Positions 9,999-18,500 of a DNA stretch of 64,000 nt are shown here, piece after piece (position 1 is the first letter of the stretch; each line of letters opens with the position of its first letter). The stretch is from the NCBI GenBank assembly GCA_963715195.1, contig CAVQRT010000031.1, forward strand, positions 96,001 to 160,000, read 5' to 3'. The notes beneath the pieces were generated by a model. It was not told the DNA's origin. It saw nothing but the letters and a program-made list of their open reading frames with translations, and did no database searches. The translations under genes were made by a program, and so were the position numbers. The stretch comes from Thermodesulfovibrionales bacterium (GTDB lineage Bacteria; Nitrospirota; Thermodesulfovibrionia; Thermodesulfovibrionales; SM23-35).

Positions 9999-11630
9999 CT
10001 AAAGGCTTTTGCTCGTTTCTATTCTTGGGAAAAGCGCAGGACCTTTGCAAATCTTTGTGCCGGGTTTCAGCAGCCCCCATTGCATTTCGGTCATGAGCGT
10101 GACGCTTGAAATGTCCTCTGTCATGTTGAGTTGTTTCCAAATCTTCTCTGCGGTAGCGGGCATGAAAGGAAAGAGAAAAAGAGCGATAATTCGCAAGGCC
10201 TCAGCAAGGGAATAGAGAACCTTTGAGAGTTTGCGAATATTATTTGTTTTCCAGAGGTTCCAAGGGGCTTCATCTTCTATCAATTTATTGGCATGACTGA
10301 TTGTGTCCCAGATGGTGTCGATGGCATGCCCGAAGGAGAGGGTTTGGAGCGAGCTGTCAAACGCGCCGGGCATATTTTCCACATGATTCTTCAATTGGAG
10401 GACCCGTTGCATTTCGGTTTCTGCCTCCCCAGTCTCTGGAAACCGATCAGGTATAGTGCCTCCGGAATATTTTTCGATCATAGTCAAAGTCCTGCTCAGC
10501 AGATTTCCGAGGTCATTCGCGAGATCTGTATTGAACCGTTTGATGAGAGCATTTTCAGAAAAATCTCCATCGAGGCCAAAGGGGACTTCCCTGAAGAGGA
10601 AATACCGGAAGGGATCTGTGCCGAATTGATCCGCAATTTTCCGGGGATCAACAACATTTCCGATCGACTTTGACATCTTTTTCCCTTCGACAGTCCACCA
10701 GCCGTGAGCAAAGATATTGTTCGGCAGCGGCATTCCGAGTGCCATGAGCATTGCTGACCAGTAAATTGCATGTGTTGTGAGGATATCCTTCCCGATCAGA
10801 TGATGGTCGGGAGGCCACCAATAATCAGAGTTCAGAGGCGAGATGTCGGAAGTCGGAGTTGGGATATCAGAAGTCGCAGCGAGATTTCTTCTCCGCGAGG
10901 GAGCAAGGTATTGTGTCGCGGAATAATAGTTCAGCAGTGCATCGAACCAGACATAGGTTACAAAATTCGGATCAAAGGGAAGGGGGATTCCCCAGGCAAG
11001 TCTCTGTTTTGGTCTCGAAATGCAGAGATCACCGAGCTGGTTATTTTTCAGGAATCCGAGCACTTCATTCCGTCTTGTCTCCGGCAAGATGTAGAGAGGA
11101 TTCTCTTCGATATGCCTGATAATACGTTCCTGATATTTTGACATCAGGAAAAAATAATTTTCCTCGGATATCTCTTCCACAGGCCTCTTGCAGTCGGGAC
11201 ATTTGCCTTCCTCAATTTCTTTTTCTGTCCAGAAACGTTCATCAGGTACACAGTACCACCCTGAATAGAGCCTCTTTTCAATTTCGCCCTTTTCGAAGAG
11301 CGTTCCGAGCAGTGTCTGGACAAGGTTTATATGTTCAGGGTCTGTAGTCCGGATGAAGGCATCGTTCTGAATGGAGAGCTTACGCCAAATTCTCTTGTAA
11401 TTCTCCACCATCGTGTCTGCGTGAGCCTTTGGCGTCATACCTTTCTCCTGTGCCGCCTTCGCAACTTTCTGCCCGTGTTCATCGGTCCCTGTCAGGAAGA
11501 AAACCTCGTTGCCCTTCAGCCTGTTGTAACGCGCGAGGATATCAGCTGCTACCGTGGTGTAGGCATGCCCGATATGGGGTACATCATTGACGTAATATAT
11601 CGGAGTGGTGACATAAAACTTGCCTTTCAT
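9999..11630 (-). CDS. metG: Methionine--tRNA ligase (short form), with a repeat-derived insertion
   Basis: TTPIYYVN, HIGH, YVWFDAL, GKDI and KMSKS motifs. Confidence 0.97.
   Translation of the reverse strand: MKGKFYVTTPIYYVNDVPHIGHAYTTVAADILARYNRLKGNEVFFLTGTDEHGQKVAKAAQEKGMTPKAHADTMVENYKRIWRKLSIQNDAFIRTTDPEHINLVQTLLGTLFEKGEIEKRLYSGWYCVPDERFWTEKEIEEGKCPDCKRPVEEISEENYFFLMSKYQERIIRHIEENPLYILPETRRNEVLGFLKNNQLGDLCISRPKQRLAWGIPLPFDPNFVTYVWFDALLNYYSATQYLAPSRRRNLAATSDIPTPTSDISPLNSDYWWPPDHHLIGKDILTTHAIYWSAMLMALGMPLPNNIFAHGWWTVEGKKMSKSIGNVVDPRKIADQFGTDPFRYFLFREVPFGLDGDFSENALIKRFNTDLANDLGNLLSRTLTMIEKYSGGTIPDRFPETGEAETEMQRVLQLKNHVENMPGAFDSSLQTLSFGHAIDTIWDTISHANKLIEDEAPWNLWKTNNIRKLSKVLYSLAEALRIIALFLFPFMPATAEKIWKQLNMTEDISSVTLMTEMQWGLLKPGTKICKGPALFPRIETSKSL
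10824..10879. repeat. Heptamer array (x8) inside the metG coding frame
   Basis: atcagag ttcagag gcgagat gtcggaa gtcggag ttgggat atcagaa gtcgcag; encodes the AATSDIPTPTSDISPLNSD segment. Confidence 0.7.
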
Positions 11631-12511
11631 TTATTCTGAGACCTCTTTTTCCGTTTCCTCGGGTACCATTTTCTCCGTTTATCTCTTCTGCCCGGTTTCT
11701 CCTGTTGCTGCACGGAATCAGGGGGCTTTTGAGATGCAGCGTTGCCTTCAGTGGCGCGCTGGGTCGACGGCTCATTTGCATCCACAAGAGAGTCACTCGA
11801 TGCAACGACTATCTCCCCTGCTTCTTCGTCTTCTGTGATCGCAATTGTTTCACTTTCAGAATATACGGGTTCTTCCTGCGGAGCTTCGGAATATTCATAG
11901 CCTAAACAGCACATGAGCCTTCCGCATGATCCCGACAGCTTGCTGGTGTTCAGCACTAATTCCTGTTTTTTAGCCATCTTGATAGAGATCGGTTCGAATG
12001 AAGTCAGAAACTTCGTACAACAGAGTTCGCGGCCGCAGATACCTAAACTGCCGACTATCCGCGCACTGTCCCTGACACCGATCTGCCTCATCTCAATCCT
12101 GGTCTTGAAGCGTGAAGCGAGGTCCTTGACGAGTTCCCTGAAATCGATCCTTTTTTCTGCTGTGAAGTAAAAAACAATCCGTTTCTTGTCGAGAGTGGCT
12201 TCTGTACAAATAAGCTTCATGGGAAGGCCCCGAGCCATGATTCTTTCGAGACAGTACTCCCTTGAATCTGTTTCCAGGGTCTTGTTCTCTTCCTTCTGCT
12301 GAAGGTCATCCTCCGTTGCCTTGCGGATGATTTTCTTAAATTTCTTATCGGAATCATCTGCTGTGCGGGGTTCGATGATGATAGTCCCCAGGTTGATACC
12401 AAGCTCGGACTCAACTACCACCAGGTCACCTTTCCTGACTTCAAGTCCGTCGACCTCGAAATCGTATATTTTCCCGCAGGGCTTGAAACGAACTCCCACA
12501 ACATCAGGCAT
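11627..12511 (-). CDS. ricT: PSP1-domain protein, RicT/YaaT family
   Basis: VGVRFK, FTAEKRIDFRELVKDL, GICGRELCC and SGSCGRLMCCL motifs; tmk-holB-yaaT-metG synteny. Confidence 0.9.
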   Translation of the reverse strand: MPDVVGVRFKPCGKIYDFEVDGLEVRKGDLVVVESELGINLGTIIIEPRTADDSDKKFKKIIRKATEDDLQQKEENKTLETDSREYCLERIMARGLPMKLICTEATLDKKRIVFYFTAEKRIDFRELVKDLASRFKTRIEMRQIGVRDSARIVGSLGICGRELCCTKFLTSFEPISIKMAKKQELVLNTSKLSGSCGRLMCCLGYEYSEAPQEEPVYSESETIAITEDEEAGEIVVASSDSLVDANEPSTQRATEGNAASQKPPDSVQQQEKPGRRDKRRKWYPRKRKKRSQNK

Positions 12512-13541
12512 ATGGTCCACCCATGTCTTTCCTCAACAGGGAACTGGCATAGTTCCAGGTGAGTGATTTATTGAGATTGAAATGAATACGTTTTTTCAGG
12601 GTATTCAACCGCTGATACTGTTCTATTATACCCTTAATATCCATAGCGCTGCTCAGTTGAGCGATGTATTCCTTCATGTCAGAATTCACAAGGTGTTTTT
12701 CGTCCTGTGTTATTTTCAGGACAGCCATGTCTCTGAGCAGTATGAGCATGAGGTCGAACCATTTCTCCATCTCTTCCCGTGAACCCCAGCTGTCTTTAGC
12801 CATAGTGAGCATGCCTTCCAGAAGCGCAAGGAATCGCGTTCTTTGCTCCATAAGGTCTCCCGAGAGTATATTGCCCGGTTTTCCCATCGAAAGCCTCAAG
12901 ACCGCTTCAAGGTGCGGTTCGTAGATTGTGGTTCGAGGTGTTTCTCCTGTCTTCTTATGCTTCCTTCCCGACAGGCGACCGGTTCCCTTTTGTATGACTT
13001 CTTCACAATCCTTCAGCGAAAGAGGCATGAAGTTGATCCGTGAACATCGTGACCGCATTGTGTCAGGCAGGCGATCCGGATTGGATGATACGAGGATTAT
13101 CAGGCTTTGCTCCGGTGGTTCTTCAAGAGTTTTCAGGAATGCATTTGCAGCGGATTGATTCATGGCCTCTGCATCATCCACGATGACAGTCTTATACCTG
13201 CCCTCAAAGGCCTTCAAAGAAAGGATTTTGTCAATTTCCCGTATCTCCTCTATTTTGATCAGGCCGTTTTCAGGTGATATTAACCGGAAGTCCGGGTGCA
13301 TATTTGCGTCGATTTTCCTGCAGGAAGAACATGCATCACAACAGTCATATGCTGTAATCTGATTGTCGTGCCCCTGAGCTGCAAAGCAATTGAGCGCCTT
13401 GGCAAGATTGATTGCAGTCATTTTTTTGCCTATGCCGGATTCTCCTGCAAACAGGTATGAGGAGGGTATTTTCCTCCGTTCCAGCGTTTTCCGGAGGATG
13501 CGTATTGCCCGGTCCTGCCCGATGATATCCCGTAAAGCCAT
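12504..13541 (-). CDS. holB: DNA polymerase III delta' subunit
   Basis: YLFAGESGIGK, zinc cysteines, HPD, AANAFLKTLEEPP and SRC motifs; downstream of tmk. Confidence 0.93.
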   Translation of the reverse strand: MALRDIIGQDRAIRILRKTLERRKIPSSYLFAGESGIGKKMTAINLAKALNCFAAQGHDNQITAYDCCDACSSCRKIDANMHPDFRLISPENGLIKIEEIREIDKILSLKAFEGRYKTVIVDDAEAMNQSAANAFLKTLEEPPEQSLIILVSSNPDRLPDTMRSRCSRINFMPLSLKDCEEVIQKGTGRLSGRKHKKTGETPRTTIYEPHLEAVLRLSMGKPGNILSGDLMEQRTRFLALLEGMLTMAKDSWGSREEMEKWFDLMLILLRDMAVLKITQDEKHLVNSDMKEYIAQLSSAMDIKGIIEQYQRLNTLKKRIHFNLNKSLTWNYASSLLRKDMGGPYA

Positions 13542-14164
13542 TATAAACTCGCAGTCTCACTGATTATCCGGATGATTTTTCTGTGGGTCTCATCGATGCC
13601 GGCGGTGGTCTGGATCAGTTTTATCCTTTCAGGATCTTGTGCGGCAAGCAGGTGATATCCGTTTCTCACCCGCTCGTGGAATGAGGTAGCCTCAAGCTCA
13701 AGCCTGTCCGTTTTATTGATGCCCTGGTTTCTCAGTAATCCTGTCTTCACATCGAGGTCGAGCAGCAGGGTGATATCAGGTCTCATCCTGCCGGTTGCGA
13801 TCAGGTCAATGGAATCGATCAGATGGAGGTCGAGTCCTCTGCCGTACCCTTGATAGGCAAGAGTCGAATCGGTAAACCGGTCGGTAATGACAATGGCTCC
13901 CCTGTTCAATGCAGGCATAATAACCTCCTGAATATGCTGTGCACGGGATGCAAAATACAGCAGCAGTTCGGTGAGAGGGGACATCCCTATGTGTTCAACA
14001 GCGAGCAGAACCGTTCTTATCTTTACCCCGATTTCTGTACCGCCCGGTTCTTCGGTAAGAAGGACGTCAGCTCCCTTACTGCTCAGGTATTTGTACAGGA
14101 GTTTCCCCTGGGTAGATTTCCCGGAACCCTCTATGCCTTCAAATGAGATGAAGGTTCCTTTCAT
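13541..14164 (-). CDS. tmk: Thymidylate kinase
   Basis: FEGIEGSGKSTQ, EPGGT and DRFTDSTLAYQG motifs. Confidence 0.97.
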   Translation of the reverse strand: MKGTFISFEGIEGSGKSTQGKLLYKYLSSKGADVLLTEEPGGTEIGVKIRTVLLAVEHIGMSPLTELLLYFASRAQHIQEVIMPALNRGAIVITDRFTDSTLAYQGYGRGLDLHLIDSIDLIATGRMRPDITLLLDLDVKTGLLRNQGINKTDRLELEATSFHERVRNGYHLLAAQDPERIKLIQTTAGIDETHRKIIRIISETASL

Positions 14165-15174
14165 GCCGTCCGACCTTTCATCTCAGAACTCAGCTCGGAC
14201 AGAATCCGGAAAATCTTTGCTGTTTCTGCAGGGGTTCTCGACCCTGTCCCGCAGGATGGCGTCAACAAGATCTGTGACAGCAGCAGGTCGGCAGGTATGG
14301 AATGTGACAAAAGCTCGATCCCCAGCTCTAACCGCTTTTTTAAAGATTCAGTATTCTCATGCTGTATGGCTTCGGTTGTCGGGACAATGCCCCAGGCGAG
14401 GTATCCGTTCTTTTTCAAAAATGATGTGAATTCCGCTGGGTAGAGCGGGATTGTTTCAATGTAGTCATATGCATCAAAGCTTATGATCGTGACGCCGGAG
14501 CGAATGACCAACGGCCAGTCAGCATTGCTGCAGCAATGAATACCGGCAAGCCCGGAGGCCTCTTTAATGGTATCTGTTGCGGCCTGCAATAACCGCAGGG
14601 CCTCTTCAGGTGCCACGCCGATGTAGCTTGAGCTGCCGAGGGCAGAGAGAACAGGCTCATCAATAAAAATGATGACCCGGTCGGCAAAGGGTTGCAGAAT
14701 CCCGATCTGCCACCTGATCTTTGCCTGAAGAAGCAGGAGCGAAATTTCCCGTAATTCTTCGTCAAAATAGAGCGATCTTCCCCGGGCATCTTTGAGTCCG
14801 AGGGTGAATGTCAGCGGCCCGGTAATATGTCCTTTGATGAATTGAAAATGTCTGCCGGCTGCAGCACGTCTGAAGGCATAAAGCCCGCTTGCAAAGGCTT
14901 CAGAGATGGTCAGCTTCAGATCGTCTGTACAGGTTTCGTAAAATCGTGCAAGATCTTCGCCATCTTCTCCTACCCATATTGTCTCTCTCTGTTCGTCGAT
15001 CTTCAGAGACGGCATGCCTTCGGAAACCTGGGGTATCATAAATTCTCGGAATGATACGCCGGGCAGTTGCGGCCAGAAGGGGATATCAAAAGTATCAAGC
15101 ACGAGCCTGCATGCTTCGTCAGGATTAGTATGGGGAAGACTGCCAATGCCGGTTGTGAGGAACGGTGTAAACAT
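14161..15174 (-). CDS. Single-barrel 'core' methionine synthase (MetE C-terminal-like, MesB type)
   Basis: TTGIGSLPH, WPQLP, KGHITGPLT, DEP, HCC and TPSCG zinc-binding motifs; 337 aa with no N-terminal folate-binding barrel. Confidence 0.75.
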   Translation of the reverse strand: MFTPFLTTGIGSLPHTNPDEACRLVLDTFDIPFWPQLPGVSFREFMIPQVSEGMPSLKIDEQRETIWVGEDGEDLARFYETCTDDLKLTISEAFASGLYAFRRAAAGRHFQFIKGHITGPLTFTLGLKDARGRSLYFDEELREISLLLLQAKIRWQIGILQPFADRVIIFIDEPVLSALGSSSYIGVAPEEALRLLQAATDTIKEASGLAGIHCCSNADWPLVIRSGVTIISFDAYDYIETIPLYPAEFTSFLKKNGYLAWGIVPTTEAIQHENTESLKKRLELGIELLSHSIPADLLLSQILLTPSCGTGSRTPAETAKIFRILSELSSEMKGRTA

Positions 15175-15280
15175 TTTTAGATGATACTCTATCAGTAAGT
15201 TCTCAAGTCAATAAGAAAAGTTTAAAAATTCCGGTAATGACCGGTAAAAGGAGGAATTCTTAGCGTGTAGTGAACGGAAT

Positions 15281-15315
15281 AAAAACGTATTCACCCCCGT
15301 GCGGGGGTGAATACG
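15281..15315 (-). terminator. Intrinsic terminator downstream of the bS22-like gene
   Basis: cgtattcacccccg-tg-cgggggtgaatacg perfect inverted repeat with an A5 tract (U-tail on the minus strand). Confidence 0.8.
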
Positions 15316-15352
15316 CTATACACGAATTTCTATGAACACAGAGAAAATGAGT

Positions 15353-15451
15353 CTATTTGCTCTTTCTCCTCTGGAACTTGGTTTTCTTTCTGAGCTTGTC
15401 GTGTTTGTGCTTGCTCATTTTTTTCTTACGCCACTTTTTGACGTTTCCCAC
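15353..15451 (-). CDS. Small basic protein, bS22 / AURKAIP1-COX24 (mS38)-like family (32 aa)
   Basis: GTG start behind GGAGGTG; MGNVKKWRKKKMSKHKHDKLRKKTKFQRRKSK; followed by a strong terminator; not in the ORF track. Confidence 0.85.
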   Translation of the reverse strand: MGNVKKWRKKKMSKHKHDKLRKKTKFQRRKSK

Positions 15452-15470
15452 TCATTCACCTCCCTCTTAA

Positions 15471-15560
15471 AAACAGTAGACAGCAAACAGCAAACAGTAT
15501 ACAGGATACAAAAAAAATTTTTCTATTTCCAGTTCTCTACCTACTACCTACTGTGCACTG
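15471..15560. repeat. Heptamer array pair (AAACAGY-type and its approximate complement)
   Basis: aaacagt agacagc aaacagc aaacagt atacagg ... ttctcta cctacta cctactg tgcactg. Confidence 0.65.
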
Positions 15561-18500
15561 TATTCTTTGGCCTGGTCCATGAAAGCTTCAAGCTGTATCT
15601 CGACCGTCGGAGATTCGGTCCCGTCATACGGGATGCTGATACATGGTATGCCGTAGTCCCTCGTTATACCTCTCAGGATCGCTGTGACGATTGTCCCCGG
15701 CATGCAGCCAAACGGCATCGCATTGACAATACCCGATGCTCCTCTTTCGATAAGATCGATGCATTTTCCCACACTCAGGATAGTCTCACCTTCGAAGGAG
15801 CTATGCACATAGGGTGAAGCCTTCTGAAGGATCTCTTTTGTCTCCGGTTCATGCAGTGTTTTCAGGAAATCCCTGAAGAAACGGCTGTATCTGTGTTCGA
15901 TTCTTTTCTGGAAAAACCTTTTCAACAGAAAATTAATAATAGCAGACTTGTCTTTTTTTAACAATGCCTTCCTAAGCCCCATCAGATTGACATAATAAAC
16001 CCATTCCTCCACAGGTGCAAGCCATACCTGCCCCCCCAATGCCTCGATCTTTCTCACAAGATTGTCGTTGGAGAATTTGTGGGATCTTACAAAAATTTCT
16101 CCGATAATTCCTATGAGCGGTCTCTTCCCCGCTTCTCTCGGAAGATGCCCGAAGTCCTTCCTCATGTTACCCAGGACTGCGTCAATATTGTTGCCGTTGG
16201 TCCTCCTGAGCGCATGGTAGAGTTTCTGAGCATACGAATCGTATAATTGATCAGCAGATCCTCGTGAACACTCATAGGGCCGGGTCTCGTGAAGGGATTT
16301 CGTGAGCAGTTCGTATGCAATAATTCCTTTCCATGATTGCAAACTAAAATCCTTCCCGACCATCCCGAGGTCCGCATAGAAAGATGTGTCCTGGGTTGGT
16401 GCAAAAATCGGCACATCGGTAATCCCTAACTTTTCGAGAACAATTTTATGGAAAACATTATACTGCCCGAATCTGCATGGTCCCGTACCGGATGGCATGA
16501 AAAAAGCGCTTTTCTCTGGGATGAAATCGGCCTCCATGACCTTTCTCACCATATCTCCGGTGGTTACCAGACACGGATAGCATTCTTTCCCTGATACAAA
16601 TTTCTTTCCGAGATCGATTGCAGTCTTATCAGACTCGGGAAGAACCTCCGCACTGATCCCGCAGTGCTCAAAGGCAGCTGCTATCCCATGCACATGCACA
16701 GACATGCGTGGCAGGTAAATGGTCCTCTGCACCTGTTTTGTCATTGGCGCCTGGTGACGAGCTATTCTCTCCTTTTGTCTGTTCACCGCATGCTCCATGT
16801 AATCGGCGGTTCGATTCTGAATACTGTCGATAAAAGCCTCGCATCTGGTAATTGCCCCGGCATCCGCACTATGTTCATCAATTTCTATGTGGAGAAACGG
16901 TTTCGCGCCCATTTCCTGTTTAAAATATTTAAGAATGAATGAATCAGGTCCGCACAGAAAATTACCGGTGTAAATTGGATACAGGTTGTGAGAATCTCTG
17001 ACAAGCCGAGCAGCTTTGAGAATTCGCTGCCCGGATCTCCAGTACATATTCGGCCATTCTTTGTGAATCGAATACTGTTCGAAAGGCAGGAAATCGAAAG
17101 GGATTGATGCGATGCCAAGGTCAGACAGTTTTCTGGGGATTTCGAGATTTACTCCGCTGTCAAAGGCATTGTAAGCCCTGCCGATTATTACCACAGAAAG
17201 TTCTTTGCAGGCAGAGAGAAATTCAGAACCTTTCCGCTTAATTGCATCCGCGAACGACTTCTGTGCCTTTTCTCCTGCATCAAGAGCTTGTGAAATGCGG
17301 GATTGCTTTATCCTGAACGGTTTCAGAACCCGTTTCAGTTCATGGAGGAGGAATTTCTTACCCTGCCGCAGATTGACCACTGGGGTAAGGAGCTTGATAC
17401 CCTTAAAGGCTATGCGTGATACATATGGAATGGTCTGCGTATGAGGACAAGCCATGCCCCGTTCATATATATCTTCCGGTGAGTTCAGGTTGATAAAACT
17501 GGGGATAAAAAGGGCATCTACGTTTTGACTCAGCAGGTACTGAATATGACCATAAGCCACTTTCACCGGAAAACAGGCTTCGGCAAGAACCCGCTCAAGG
17601 CCAAGGTTCACAATTTGTCTGTCTGTTTTTAGAGAGACCTCGACATGGAATCCGAGTTCCCACAGCACTGTTGTCCAGAAAGGAAGATAGTCATGGAAAA
17701 AGAAGATGTAGGGTATCCCGATTTTCGGCCTTGAAACCTGATTGTTGTCCTTCGCATGTTCTTTTCGGCTTTCGTGTTCTTTCCAGAGCATCTCTTCCCT
17801 GAATGCAAAGAGATCCGGAAGCCCAGAATGCTTCCTCTTTCGCACATCGTATTTTTCACACCTTCCCCCGTAAAAGAGAAACCCCTCTTCTCCGGTAATC
17901 TTGACGCGGTTTATCTCACATACATTCGGACATCCTTTGCACTCAAAGGATGATATTTCATACGGACGCCTCGACAACTCGAAGCCTTTGAATGTCGATC
18001 GTGTTTTCTTATCTGTTTTGTGCTGCATGGCGATTAATGCCATACCGATAGCACCGGTGACATCATGATTGGTGGGAACGGTTATCTGTTTCTTCAGGTA
18101 TTTTGAGAAAGCTGAGACTACTGACCTATTAAATGCAACACCGCCCTGGAAAAAAATATGCTCGCCGATATGCTTGCCGGCGACCACCCTGTTTATGTAA
18201 TTCTGGACTATAGAATAGGCGAGACCGGCAAGCAGGTCTTTCCTGTCTGCCCCTTTCTGCAGATTTGCCATGAGCGAGTTTTCCATGAATACGGTGCATC
18301 GTTCGCCCAGTCTGCACGGAGTCTTTGCAGAGAGTGCAAGTTCTTCGTATTCTCCTTTAATGGATATATTGAGTTTTTCGGACTGTTCCTCAAGGAATGA
18401 GCCTGTTCCTGCCGCGCAGGCCTTATTCATTTCGAAGTCAATGATAACTCCGTCCTTCAGAGAGATATATTTGGAATCCTGTCCCCCGATTTCGAATATG

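Noticed and set aside
15332..15817. 161-aa + strand ORF
   Set aside because: Antisense to the bS22-like gene and the activase 3' end, and it reads through a heptamer array.
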